Assembly (NCBI GenBank): GCA_905178155.1
Contig: CAJINV010000010.1
Span: forward strand, 1,819,182 to 1,883,181
Origin: Amoebophrya sp. A120
Lineage: Eukaryota > Protista > Dinoflagellata
DNA length: 64,000 bases
Direction: 5' to 3'
This document shows positions 1 through 12,483 of the stretch, in pieces. The notes beneath the pieces were generated by a model, which made no database searches, had not been told where the DNA came from, and was given only the letters and a program-made list of their open reading frames with translations. Each line of letters begins with the position of its first letter. Positions within the stretch are counted from its first letter, which is position 1. The translations under genes and the position numbers were made by a program.

Positions 1-576
1 TTACCAACTACGTCGGACGCTAAGTATTACACGACCACGCGGCGGCCAAGTACTTCTACTTCTTCCCAAACGAGGAAGGTAAAGATTGCTCTCATGTAGA
101 ACACTCCGCAATAGCAAACTCGCTCGTCATGTTGTACCCAGAACTGCTAGAACGAAGAAGTAATTGTAGCTACTGAAATGTCATAGTCATTCACGAAAAT
201 GAAAAAGGAGTTCTACGCAGAGGACGCCCCTGTAGTTACCAGGTCGGTGGTACTACTTTGAGAATGGCCACCAGTTTCTCGAAGCAGCCACTGAACTTGA
301 GCGAAACAGGCAGAACAAGTCGGGGAACATGGAAGGCGTAACATTTTGAAAGAGAAGTGCTGTCGCCGTTTCTTGCACGCACGGTAACGGTATGATCGGC
401 ATCACGTAGATTCTAGTCCTTCATCGAAACAGGAAAAATATTTTTTTCGTCGAACATCAAGCCGCGCAGCTGAATCATACAAAGCTTGAACAACATCTGT
501 TCTTGAATCTGATCTTCGTCCGAGCTCTTGCATCGGTGATGCGCCAAGAGTCTGCTGGCAAAATCTTCTTCCCCGC

Positions 577-3500
577 CTACACCTCTACCCTCGCCAATCG
601 CGTATGCCAGCCGTGGGCAGCAAAATACTTCTCCATCAGTTCCTCCGCGGCTGCCTTGTACCCTGAAGCCGCTTTGTCACCACTCAATTTCGCCGCGTGC
701 GCAAGCAACTTCACCTGCAAACGCGAAAACGCAAATTTTTCTTCGTTCATCCCCGGGATCGTATCCAAGAAAAAAAATTGCGTTTGTGAGGCAGAAATGA
801 ATGCAGAACAGAACTACACGACGACGACACTTTTCGTGCAAGACAGCCCCTGCCCCAGACTCCTCTTTTCTTCATCACATGTGGTTACTTTAAAACATAG
901 GCTAGCTACGCTTTTCACAGAACAAGTTTGTCATGCTGTTCTTGCTGTCAGCCCAGTAAGAGCGTTACACTAGCACAGTTCATTTTTCTTGGATAAACGG
1001 GGCCAGGGAAGGTTTTCGGGGGCTTCTGTTCCAGCCAGTGGCCGGGTCTGAAGGACGAAGAAGCTTTCGGCTTTGGCACTTGATGTTGCGCGGAGTTATT
1101 CAGAACGGAGGTGGATGCTGCTGCTGCACCAATACGTCCTCGTGGAGCTGGTGCACCTCCACCACCTGCTGTCGTTCTTGGAACTATCTTGTCGGTGAGC
1201 AAAACATTCCGCAGTATGTCGGGTTGCAAATGCTGTTTCCGGAACCTCCGTGCTTGGTTCAAAAACTTGGTCGGGCGGATTCTCGAGAGAGAGGTAGTGC
1301 TGGCGGAGTTTGCTTTAGTACTATAATTCGTTGTGGAATTTATTTGGTGAAGATGCTGGTCGTGCTGCTCCAGAGCGGGCTCGTGGAGGTGCACGACAAG
1401 GCTGTCGCTGGTGTCACCCTCCACCATCTCCACCGCAAGATGCGCAAAGTCTTCCAGAAACCCGGTAATTCTCGGCACCGGGGTTGCGAAGTACATGTCT
1501 TCAAAGACCCGCTTCGCGTGGATATTGTGGCGACTGATCGAAGGAGTTGTCAGCTCCCCAAGGCTATGCATTTTTGCAAAAGTCCCGCAATCGTAGTGAT
1601 TGCAGTCATGGATGACAGATCTATTTTTGTACGCTAACCAGCAACATTACAAATTCCATTTTTCACGCTGACCAAATTTGTAATGCGAGGATTTGAACTT
1701 CTACTAGTACGATACTTTTGCAGTGGATAAGCTTCGTCCATCTCCAGGTCTAGATGATCCAGAAAAATCTTCCCCTCCGCCCCAAAAATCCCCCGCAGGA
1801 ATCCTTCCGGCAAGAGCCGCAGGGGTAGGAAAAGAAGATGCTTGCGCTTCTCCTGCGTCAGTTTCTGTTTCGCTTTCAGGAGCGTGGCTGTTTTGCCGAT
1901 GTTTGTCATGTCGCCAAACAAGCTGGCTGTGCGTGACGGAGAAGCAGAGTCGTCTTGTTGTGCTGGTCCTTGCTGGTCAATCGTTACCATTTCGGAGATC
2001 GCGGAAGAAGAAAACGGACTTCCCGCCCTCAAGAAATGCTCCTTGTCCTTCCTTGTTGTGTTCCCTATCGCTTTATCAAATGTAAAAATGTCTGGGTGTG
2101 GAAGATTCTGAGCCTTGTCATGCATGTTTTGCATGGGCCGCAATGTCTGTGATGCACGCCCTAGCATCACAGATTTTTTGAGGGCTTCGCGATGCCTATT
2201 CCGCATGACAAATGCCCTCTCCGCGTACCAAAAATTACATTCCCTTTGCTGCTCATGCAATACAGATTTTTTTGGAATCCAAATTCAGCATCACAAGTTG
2301 CATTCTTCCAGACCCAGACATTTTTACATTTGATAGACTTGCGCCAACGACTCTGCTGGATGGGGCTCCAGTAACCTCCGGATGTCGTGTATGAAAGTGC
2401 ACAAATCCCGCCCCCCCTCATTTGTCATGCAAAATCCCAAATGCAGGCTCTGCCTCTTGGCTCTGTTTGCATGACAAGCTCTGGTAGCTCAAATAGCACT
2501 ACACAACTCCAGTGTCAAAAGATTAACATTTGCCATGCAGAACCGAAACTCTTGCTGATGCTTGTATTGCCGTTCATGCTACACAAATGCGGGCGAGGGG
2601 GAGTTGTGCACTGTCACATCGTGCGAGAGGTCTTCCCGATTAACCCCGAGTTTGCTGGTTTGCGAGTCGAAATTCAAGTCCTTGAAGAGCGCCTGAGTCT
2701 TGTTCCCGATGGCGTTTGGATATGAATCCGCAGACGCGTGGTCGTCCTATCGTACTACTAGTAGAAACTGCGATACAAACTTCTTCAGCATTACGAGTTT
2801 GCCATGCTGATTTAGCTTTAAGAAAAAATAATTTTATGATGCATGATTGTGATTCTAGTACGAGTACGATGCCACATAAATTGCTGCGCCGGATATTGGA
2901 ACGCCTTTGCCAAAATGCCGCCCCGGGATCATCACGTAGTCTTCGAGGGCTTTTTCGTGTGTATCCTATGTAAAACAAACGTCCCCACCCCACAGTTGTC
3001 ATGCAGATTTGCATCTACAGGAACATCTGCAATGCGCATCCGCATGAGAGGACTTTGTAGTGATGTTTATGAGATTTGTAATGCTGTGAACAGGATGAGC
3101 ATGCGTCTTTGTGATGCGGCTGTCCTTGACAAGCCCGACTATACTACAGATGGAAACTTGTCATGCATAACTCCCAAAACTTAGAGATTTGTGTTGGAGA
3201 TTTACCAACTTCACTATGGTGTCGGCGGGACGTTTTTTCACAGGATAGTGTGGTTCCCGGTCCAGTGCAAAAACTCCGCTGTCCATGTTTTTCTCCGCTT
3301 GGAATGAGTCGATCACTCGAGCATCACCAGATAGATCACCCGGCGCTTGTCCTGCCCGTAGTCGAGGGCCTGCAATCGCAGTTTGCTCGCTGTAGAGGTC
3401 CTCTGTTGCCCGAATATGATGTCCTCGTGTAGTTTTTAGCGTGACAACTGCACGGTCGCGATCTGGTCGTCCTGACGAAGTTTTTGTTGCAGGGTCTTCT

Positions 3501-6500
3501 GCGTGGTGCGGAACACCAGCAGACTTAGCAAACAAATTCTTGTCGTTCATCCAGAGGAGAGGGCTGGTGGTCCGCTTGTTTATGACCACTTCCCTGGTGG
3601 ATCGTTGTTCATGAGACTGGTCAAGAACTACATCCGTATTTTTCGCATCAGCAACTGCAGGCTCAGCGCCTCTGCTTTTGCTTTTTCCCCCTGCTGGTGT
3701 TCTTGCTGTAGTTGGTGTTGGTTTTATTGCCGCCTCGACGAGGCTGCTTTTTTTGTGGCGATGATGCACTTGGAGCTGCTCCGTACTGGTTCTACTACTT
3801 GTTGTACTTTTTGCAACATCTCCAAACATCAGCTCGGCACCTCGTCCAGCATCTTCTCGTAATCCAAGCAAGTCGGCTTGTGTCAACAAGAAGCTGGTGC
3901 CCCCGTTCTTGCCGGGCGCACCAGATCTTCTCGTAGCTCTAGCTGCACCTCCTCCGGCTACGACGACGCCATCCACAAACCCACGTGATTTAGCTGCAGA
4001 AGAAGAAGTAGGAGAAACAACTCCTGCTCCTCCGAATCGATTGTTTCTACTGTCATCTTCTACTCCACGCGGGTCGTCGTCGTGGTGGAGGTCGAGAAGA
4101 AATTTCTTCTCGACGCGGCTTCTCAACTCCAGACCGCGATCGATCCTGCCTTCCCCGTATGAGTTGCAAAAGTGTCCGGGTCTGGAAGATTCTAAACTTG
4201 TAATGCTGTCTCTGGATTCTAAAAAAAATTGTATTGCATGACAAGCAAGAGGGCTCCAGTTTGTGCTACGCGGAGAGGGCATTTCTCATGCGGTAGAGGC
4301 CTCACAAAGTCCTGTAAATATCTGCGATGCTAGGGAATGCATCACAGACGTCATGGATCATTCAAAATATGCATGACAAAACTCAGAATCTTCCAGACCC
4401 AGACATTTTTGCAGTTGATACTCCGTCTTCGCCTTTCCCTTCCTGTTTCATCACATCGAAGTAGGATTGGTAAGAGCCTGGCTATGCAAGACAAATTTCC
4501 CGCACATGTACAAGATGCATCAAAAATTTCCCCAATTTGGAGCTTGAAGCTTGTCATGCTAAACCAGGATCGAGGCCAAGTTTTGCCATGCAGAAACCGC
4601 ATTTTTACGTGTACAGGAAATTTACTGTGGATACTGGTGTCTTTGGATTGGGCAACCGGATGTCCTCGTCAAAATCGTCGTCGTCTTCAGGTTATGCATT
4701 GCAAAAGTATAATCGTCGTACAACCAGCCGCAATTGCGTTCACGACTTCGCTCAGCACGGGGAATTGCCTACGATGGAACAAATTCATTTCATCTGTCAA
4801 GCATGATTGCAACTCCCACGAGCAGAAGTACGATAAAATTTTGCACAGGATAGCAATACACCTTCTCCTTCTGCGCTTTGCTTGTCGTTGTAGAAAAGCA
4901 GCGGCGTCCCAGCAGCGGCCTTGGCACTTCTGGCGTTCTTGGCGGAAGCGTCGTTCTTGCTCGGTTTGGTATCCTCTACACCGCCTTCCCCGACCAGCAA
5001 CCGCTGCCCGTCTTGGGAAGTAGAGGTAGCACTAACATGATTGCTAGTAGATGATGACTCTAGAAGAAATAACTTCTCGCCGATGATTTTTTGGCTCAGC
5101 TTCCAGTCAAGTTGACTGCCGTTCTGAAAAATCGCGGGCATCTTCAGGTGGTGCGGGTTTTTGTTGGAAGGCAGAGACGAGAAAGAAGCAGATGAAGAAG
5201 CTGTAGTTCTTGATGCGCCACTTTCATGACTGGTCGCGTTCTTATTCCCCGACACGCCACCTTCTAGCCGTTTCAGTAGGTACTTTTTCAAGTGCTCTGA
5301 CATCACAGAGGACAGCCTTCCCAGGCCCCACGTCACAATCGCGCGAAACCACCTGCTCGGGCCCGACTGCACGTAGTCGTGCGGGTTCGGGATAGTTTTG
5401 CTAGCATGGAGTTCTTTTGGAAAGTTGTAGGATAGTTGACGTAGTTGCGTCTGCTCTGATGTATCATCTTCCCGCTGCGAGTTCTTCTCCTCTTCGGGGT
5501 TGATGTTCGAGAAGAGCGAGCTATGTCCAGCCGCATCCACTTCTTGCAACGGCACTTCGACGTCCGCGATGCAGGATTGGAAGTCCAGAAGAAACAACCA
5601 CACCCGCAAAATTTGGAGTGCGTACCAGGCAATCGGGGTGGTTGTTGTGCCAAAGGACGGTGAGTTGATGTCCTCGCCAGGGTCCATTTTTTCGGAAGAT
5701 GAATTTGTCGTACTCGATATAGTTTCCGTGGTATCGTGCCCATATCTTCCAGCGTTTATTTGGCTTTTTTTTTCATCATCGTCGTCGTGCGCCAACCATT
5801 TCTCCAACACAGCCAAAACGTGCAGCTCGACTCTGACGAATTGCAGACAGTAAAACGCCACAACTTCTTATGACAGTGCACAACTCCCCTTCTCCCTCAT
5901 TTGTATAGCATGAACAGCAATACAAGCATCAGCAATAGTGCCGGTTTTGAATGACAAATGTACACTGGAGCGTGGTGCTATTTGAACTACCAAAACTTGT
6001 CACGCAAACAGTGCCACAAGGCAGCGACTGGATTCGGGGTTTTGCATGACAAACGAGGGGAGGGGGAGTTGCGCACTGTCACACTTCTTCCAGCAAGTCT
6101 TCGCATCCGATCTGCAATTCCAACAAAAAACGTTTCTCCAACGTTTCCAGGAGGTCACGAAGACGAAATGGGGAGTGGAAAAGATCATGGGCGGCGGGAT
6201 AATCTGCACCTCGCGACGACGAGGAGGAGGACCGCTGGTCTGCCTGTTTGAAGGGCTCTTTGTTCGGTAGCTTTCGAGCGTACGTATCCAGGCTCCGACG
6301 GCGGCGGGCAGAGGAACTTTCATTAAACAAGCCCCCCTCGGTCAACACCTCCCCACCTTTTTCCTCATCGTCCCGCTCGTCATCTGTGACAAGCAGCGCC
6401 AATATGATACTGCACAACCCCCCCTCCACCTCATTTGGAATGGCACAAATAGCAATACAAGCGTCAGCAAGAATGCAGGTTTTGCATAACAAATTCATTC

Positions 6501-7497
6501 ACTCACATTTGTACTGCTGTTTGAGCTGCAGCCAGAACTTGTCATGCAAAAAGTGCCAGGAGGCAAAGGATGCATTTGGTACTTTGCATGACAAACGACG
6601 GGATGAGGGGAGCAGGTTGTGCACTCTCATAGCCAACACAGAGTTGAGCAAAGCCAGCCGATCCTCGACGGAGTGGGCCTCCGTGTGGTACTTCTTCGTG
6701 TATTCCAAGGCGTAGTGGAGATGCTCGGTCGGGAAATCTGCCTCCACGCCGAAGCCCCGCTTCTTCGCGATGTTCGCCCTGATTCTAGCCGCAACCGCGT
6801 GCACGTCCAGGGCCGGCGCGGATGATGAAGAAGAAGTTCTTCGCCTCGCAGGTGCGGAAATAAATCCGCACCTCTCGTGGACTTGAGACGTCACGTCAAT
6901 GTGGTCACGACTGGTGATATGCATTGCAAAAGCATCGTACTAGTATAAATAACTGCATCACAAATTATATTTTCCTCAAGAACAAATAGGGAATTTGTCA
7001 TGCTATATCAGGTGGAAAGTATAGATTTGTCATGTATGACGAGTGCGATACTTTTGCAATGCATAGGCGAGCAAAGTTGCTGATGTTCTCATTCCCGTTT
7101 GCAGCTGGCCTCCGCGTGTTTTCTTTCCTGCCGACAACTGCGGACGAGAGAAGACGTCAAGGAAAAGTGTTTCGGCGTTGAGAGTGTCATCACCTTCACC
7201 GCCCCATCGACCTACTAGTAGAACTGGGTCAAGAACAGGAGCATCGCCGAGAGCAGGAGCAGCCCCTTCGATTCCCATATTCGTTCCCGCCGATGTTCCT
7301 GCTACGTCGTGGAGCCGCCCGAGCACTACTTCGCGGAGCCTCCTTTCCAACCTTGCTTCGCGCTGCTGGTCAAATATTGGGCCGGGATGGTGTAGGAGAT
7401 GCCACGCACCAGCATATTTGCTCCCGCCCCCGCCCGCTGCGTGATGCCGTTCTTCTTCTGGTTCGAACTTGAACAGTGCGGGCCCGAAAAAGTTCAC
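577..7497 (-). CDS. Large low-complexity hypothetical protein, 13 exons split by 12 introner introns
   Basis: All 12 junctions join in frame when element+5 nt is removed; stop at 577. No ATG at the 5' end, so it is probably continuous with 7862-9272 via GT-AG intron(s) (GTAAGT donor at 7920, TAG acceptor at 7509). Confidence 0.75.
762..995. mobile_element. Introner (singleton family)
   Basis: TIR TATCCAAGAAAAA/TTTTTCTTGGATA; TSD decayed; frame restored. Confidence 0.75.
1565..1729. mobile_element. Introner family B
   Basis: TIR TAT..TGCAAAAGT; TSD decayed; frame restored. Confidence 0.75.
2074..2335. mobile_element. Introner family A
   Basis: TIR TATCAAATGTAAAAATGTCTGGGT; TSD CGCTT/GACTT. 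Confidence 0.9.
2390..2618. mobile_element. Introner family C
   Basis: TATGAAAGTGCACAA...TTGTGCACTGTCACA; perfect TSD TCGTG. Confidence 0.9.
2721..2895. mobile_element. Introner family B (degenerate)
   Basis: TAT...ATA ends; perfect TSD TTGGA. Confidence 0.8.
2962..3247. mobile_element. Introner family D
   Basis: TATCCT..AAACGTCCC TIR; perfect TSD GTGTG. Confidence 0.9.
4158..4420. mobile_element. Introner family A
   Basis: Family A TIR; TSD CCCCG/CTCCG. Confidence 0.9.
4483..4633. mobile_element. Introner (singleton family)
   Basis: TAT..AAATTTCC imperfect TIR; TSD CTGGC/CTGGT; frame restored. Confidence 0.75.
4693..4852. mobile_element. Introner family B
   Basis: TATGCATTGCAAAAGTAT...GCACAGGATA; TSD decayed; frame restored. 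Confidence 0.8.
5869..6083. mobile_element. Introner family C
   Basis: Family C TIR with ACA end; perfect TSD CTTCT. Confidence 0.9.
6403..6631. mobile_element. Introner family C
   Basis: Family C TIR; perfect TSD GCCAA. Confidence 0.9.
6918..7065. mobile_element. Introner family B
   Basis: TIR TATGCATTGCAAAAG; TSD GGTGA/GGCGA. Confidence 0.9.
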
Positions 7498-7861
7498 CCA
7501 CCAAGCGTCTATACTGATGAAAAGAATAAAGTGCCCACTTCTATTTTAGGGCCGGAAACAAATTTAGTACTTAAAAAACATGTGTAGAAGTTGCGGCCTT
7601 GATCCGTGTGGCATCAGCACGAGCCAGGTCTTCGTCTTTTATTTTTTGTCTTTGATCCTTGTCCAGCATGACAAACGTTTTGTTTTTGATGGTTCCGACC
7701 TCCCTAATCTTGTTCGAACAAGCTTCTACCCTTCATCGTTTTTACGAACTGCAGTAATCTACATGGAATAGCCGAAAAACTGCTGCTCTTGTTGCTGTGT
7801 AGCCCGCGTTCACACAGAGCATTCTCCGACGCCAACTGGAACTGACACTGAGCAACATGCA

Positions 7862-9272
7862 CTATTCATGCACTATTGATAGATAATTTGTTCTCCTGAT
7901 TGTTGTATGGGTGCACTTACTTTTGTGTCGGATAGCGTTGATACGTCGAAGAAAGTCTGCCTGGGTTATAAACATGCTTCTTGTCATCTCCTCCTCCTGC
8001 TCGAGAAAGTCACTGGGTGGGGCGTCGTCGGGAAAAATTGCATCTTCATCGGTGGAAATCTGCCCCCCGTGCCGCTTCTGGCTGTTTGATATTTCCCGTT
8101 GATGCAGCTTGTTCTGCTCCTGGCCGCTGGTGTTACCAACCACTCGAGCAGGTGGCAACGCCCTCATTTTTCCAGTTTTCGTACTAGTTTCCTTGGTCTT
8201 CAAGAAGACGACCTTTCGGCACAGGACGCTGCAGAGGGCGCGTATGGATGTGTCAGAGTTGAAATCGACAAAGTTGAAATAATTTGTCATGCATAAAATG
8301 GATGCCAGTTGGGACCCAGTTTCCAAGTCAGGCAAGACAAATTTCGGTGGTCCCTAAGTCCACTTTGTCATGCTGTTTAGGCAAAGAAGAGCGATTCTCT
8401 CATGCTACTTTAGCAGCTCGAGCTGTAACCCCAAACAGGCTTACAATCGGCCTCACTTGCCTGCTCTGCAACACACGTGCCTCAGGTCATGCATTTTATG
8501 CATTACAAATTATTTCAACTTTCACGATTTCAAACCTGACACTTCCATAGCGCGTGGTAGGAAGTCCTGGATATTAAATTGCGGGGTTAGCTGGTGTATC
8601 CTGTGCAAAAGTATCGTATTCGTATAAATGCAAGTCTTGCATTACAAATCTTTGTCTTAAGGCAAATCTGCATTACAAATTTTCTTTCTCATGCTGAAGA
8701 AATTTGTAATGCATTTATACGAGTACGATACTTTTGCAATTCATATGGTGGAGCGAAGAAGTAGAGTTTGTCATTGTCTTCTGTCCCGGCGAATAAGAAG
8801 AAGTTGAAATAAACAACGCTCGCGGCGACCAAACGTGTCGGTCCAGATTCAAGCAAAGCTTTTCCGCGTGGGAAAACGTGAACACCGTGCCATATCAAAT
8901 GCAAATGTGTCTGGGTCTGGAGGACGATGGCGAGACTTGTCATGCAGGCTTTCCATGGCCCATGAGGTCTGGCATAGAGCATCTAGCATGACAGATTCTG
9001 TGAGATCTCTATCATGCCTCTCCCGTGTGAGAAACTGCCTCTATACTTGTTCAGAAGCGGACAACTTTTATTGCTGACCATCAAAGAACGCAAATTTTTG
9101 CACGATCCAGACTTGGCACGACAAGTTGCAACCTTCCAGACCCAGACATAGAATTTGTAATGCATATCCCACCACCCACAGCCAAATCCCAGAGCTGCAA
9201 TTTCTCTTCCGGAAGCAGGGGCCGGCCGATGGCCGCCTGGAGCGAAGCGTGACGGGAAGACGAGAAAGACAT
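7862..9272 (-). CDS. Hypothetical protein (MSFSSSRHASLQ...), 3 introner introns; probably the 5' part of the 577-7497 gene
   Basis: ATG at 9272; removing the three elements +5 nt gives one continuous frame (..AVGGGTVFTFSHAEK..LTPQFNIQDFLPRALCSVLCRK..). Confidence 0.7.
8243..8549. mobile_element. Introner family F (diverged)
   Basis: TIR TATGGAWGTGTCAG; perfect TSD GCGCG. Confidence 0.9.
8597..8745. mobile_element. Introner family B
   Basis: TATCCTGTGCAAAAGTATCG; perfect TSD TGGTG. Confidence 0.92.
8893..9166. mobile_element. Introner family A
   Basis: Family A TIR; TSD TGCCA/TCCCA. Confidence 0.9.
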
Positions 9273-10530
9273 GTTTTTTCAGAATGACGGCCCGTCTAGC
9301 TGTAAGAATAAGTAGACAGTTCTGGTGGAGAGATCCTGTTCTTCAAGGCCACACTTGTTGATGATGAAGATGAAGATGGTGCTCAATATAATTACAACAG
9401 TGGTCGTCACAACTACTACTTCATCGTCACATCGACGTGAATCTCCTCGTTCATCGCTATCACTGCACTCTACCACATACGAAAAACAAGACCGTGAGGC
9501 GCTCGTGAAGGGCATGGTGGTACAGTAGGTCGTCCCAACGGTAGGTACTAACAATAGAGCGGCAACCATTACGACATCACCATAACAAGACACATTATGT
9601 GTCTTGTTATGGTGACATCAACAACTACTACACACGACGGCCAACTCCTCCCATGCATCACTAGCCACCTCCCGCCCACATCACAACTGGCTATTTATTC
9701 TTTTTTTTATCTGCTAGTGGCATGTGTGTCCTCTCTCGCAACACAAATATAGACTTCTAGAGTGGCTGTAGCACGACCAGTTTTCTGCGAAGCAAAAGTG
9801 CCAACTGACGACCTCGACCTGGTGACGGTGACCGTGACATGCTATACAATCGGGGGAAAATACTTCATCACCGAACGTTTTATACGTAAACGTAGAAAAC
9901 TGTTGATAAGGGACATTATCTTGCTCTTGCTCAGCGACCGCGACGACATAATTTCAACAGGAGTCTTCATCTGACAACAGAATGACGACCACGGAAATCT
10001 TCTTGCTGAACACAAATACAGAAAAACCCTGCGTCGAATCTGGGTCGGCTCGTTTGCTTTTCCAGCACCCGTACCTGACGAAGCAAGCTCCTAGGGCCAG
10101 AGAAGCACGTCTTCACCATCTATCATGATGGTCAAAGCAACTTTTTCAATATTTGTGTCGCGTGGTACAAAGTGATTCTTGTGAAAAAAGGAATGCAAAT
10201 TATATCATCGGTTTTTTCTCCAGAGGGAGCCCCCGCGGGGGGTGGGCGATCTAAGTAGCACTATCACGACAACGAACGTGTGTGTCCACCAGAAGGCCTC
10301 CGTAATTTTGCTCCTCTTTATTTTGCAGTTGTCGTGGCTTATTGTAATTGTTCCCAACACTTCTCACAGCGTGGTAGTTTCATCCTCACAGGAGTGTGGG
10401 CTTTCTTCTCCCGAATTCTGGTAGTTCCTCGAGCAGTATTGTTGTATTTCGCGGAGTAAGTAGTCTCAATAAGCAGTAGTCCTCGTTGCAAAAAATTGTT
10501 GAATCCGCTCTGTTTATTTGCTCAAAATCT

Positions 10531-11702
10531 TCAAATCCGCCCGCCGTCTTGTCGCTGGGTCGTCGACGGAAAGCCGCCGCCTGTCTGTTCTACCGCAACG
10601 TCAATCAAGTCGTCGTCGTGCACGACTATGCAGTGCAAATATGTAGTCTCAGTAGTCACTTGTGGAAGATGAAGCAAGCAGATGGTTGCCATGACCACAT
10701 CGACTTCTCTCGTCGAGGATGTTTGTAATACATGGCATCTCCTAGCATCAAAGATCTTCTTCCACCGAAGGCTTGTTTTAATCTCTTTTTTAATGCGTAC
10801 TATCCGGGTCGTGCATGAGAAACGCGCCTTCCATGTTGCAGAAGCCAGGCTGTTTCTGTATCTCTTGCTGACACAAGAATACAGATTTTTGGCATTGTCC
10901 AAAGCTAGCATCACAAGTTGAAGTTTGCTCTCATCTTCCAGCACCAGATTATACATTTGCATTGCATAAAGCCGAGCGCATCCGGGGTGTCGTTTTCGCC
11001 CACCCGCTCCCCATCGACCATAAAACGCACCTCGCCAATGCGCAGGCTATGAGACTGCACAACCAGTTTACCTCTTCCTCCGTTGTCATGCAGAAACGCA
11101 ATGATGTATGACGATTTTTTCGTAAGTACCCGGCGGCTACGTGCTGTTTGTCATGCAGATGCTATATACTGAACTGATACTGATTCTGTCTGTGTTTCGC
11201 TTGTTCGTGCCTGCTTCTTCAGATGACATCTTGATGGTTTGAGGGGAGAGATGAAACTACTTCTACTTGTGCACTTTCATAGGTGCCGATCCGCTGGCAG
11301 TAGGCCTCCATCAGTTTTTTCAAAGTCGAATGCTTCTTGATCTTGAAGGACACTTCACCGCCCGTACTGTTCCGCACCCGCAGCTTATGAGAGTGCACAA
11401 CTCCACCTTCTCCTGATTTGTATTGCATGAACAGCAATACAAACACGAGCACACGTGGAGCCTGTGGATGACGAATTGACATTATTCGTGCGCCTAGTGT
11501 AGTACTGTCTGGGGTTGTTCCGGATGCAAAGAATACAACAAGGAAGCACTTGGATTTGGGCTTTTGCATGACAAATGATGCGGAGGGGGACGAGTTGTGC
11601 ACTCCCATACAGCTGAATGTGCGTGGGCCCGCCGGCGCCAGCGTCCGGGTTTTCCGGGGCGGCGGCCGCCGCGGGAGAACCAGAGTCCTGGTCGTCGGCC
11701 AT
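10531..11702 (-). CDS. SUMO: Small ubiquitin-like modifier (SUMO), 4 exons
   Basis: Spliced product ..HIQLRVRNSTGGEVSFKIKKHSTLKKLMEAYCQRIG..RIGEVRFMVDGERVGENDTPDALG..DDDLIDVAVEQTGG matches SUMO/Smt3 motifs including QTGG. Confidence 0.93.
10627..10968. mobile_element. Introner family A (degenerate), SUMO intron 3
   Basis: TATGCARTGCAAAT TIR; TSD decayed; SUMO frame restored. Confidence 0.8.
11048..11281. mobile_element. Introner family C (degenerate), SUMO intron 2
   Basis: TATGARA.TGCACAA TIR; TSD partly decayed; SUMO frame restored. Confidence 0.8.
11386..11609. mobile_element. Introner family C, SUMO intron 1
   Basis: Family C TIR; perfect TSD CAGCT. Confidence 0.92.
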
Positions 11703-11925
11703 TTTTTTTTGGTTTTTTTGATGAGGGCGCAAGGGTAGCTATGTATGACGATATGGAGCAACTGGATGAAACGAAACTAGGTGGAGATTATATCACTGTC
11801 GTTACTATAATCTCCTCCAGAAAAGTGGTGGTCCTGAGGAAGGTTTGTGGAAATCAAAATCGTAGTAGGCGCAATACGAAAGTTGTTTTATTTCAAGTTG
11901 ATATAATACCACCTCTTCCGGGTAG

Positions 11926-12483
11926 TCATTTTGGAAGATATTTCGAAGTCGGTTCAAGTTTGTGAAAGGGAAATTTGTCGTTCGTTTTGAGATGAGGAAG
12001 AAGCTGCACGAGCAAGATCTTCAAAATGATACCGCACGCAAGGGCAAGGACGTAGAGCTTCAGCTTGCATATGCAAGCGCTTTTGCTCCTTTTGCGTTTT
12101 CTTTTCATGCTTTTCCTTTTGGGTTTGACTTTGTATAAATTCATCGTGTGTTGTTGAGCAGGATGCTTACTTTGCAGAGAGAAACACAATTTCACCGTTT
12201 GTCGCAAGAGCATTTGTGTTTGTCCTCCCGTCTCCCTATTTCGGTTTTCAAGGTCGTCGTGGACGACCGTTTTTTGGACCATCAAATTCTTGAAAGATCC
12301 TTCCACTTTGTTTCCGTCAAGATATATCTTCAAGCTGTTTTGTTCATCTTCGCATGCAGACATGATGGAAAATCTTCGAACACAACAAACTACAGAATCA
12401 GAATGGACCGGTTCCTTGTCGGACTGACTTTGGTTTATAGCCGAGGGCCAGCACATGACCAGGATCATGACTGCAAGAGCCAC
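11926..12483 (-). CDS. Possible hypothetical ORF
   Basis: 185-aa ORF on the gene-bearing strand; no recognisable motif. Confidence 0.2.
   Translation of the reverse strand: MALAVMILVMCWPSAINQSQSDKEPVHSDSVVCCVRRFSIMSACEDEQNSLKIYLDGNKVEGSFKNLMVQKTVVHDDLENRNRETGGQTQMLLRQTVKLCFSLQSKHPAQQHTMNLYKVKPKRKSMKRKRKRSKSACICKLKLYVLALACGIILKILLVQLLPHLKTNDKFPFHKLEPTSKYLPK

Noticed and set aside
762-1729. TA target-site duplication (Tc1/mariner or ciliate IES-like)
   Set aside because: Leaving one TA does not restore the frame; empty sites show TAT/ATA belong to the element and the duplication is 5 bp.
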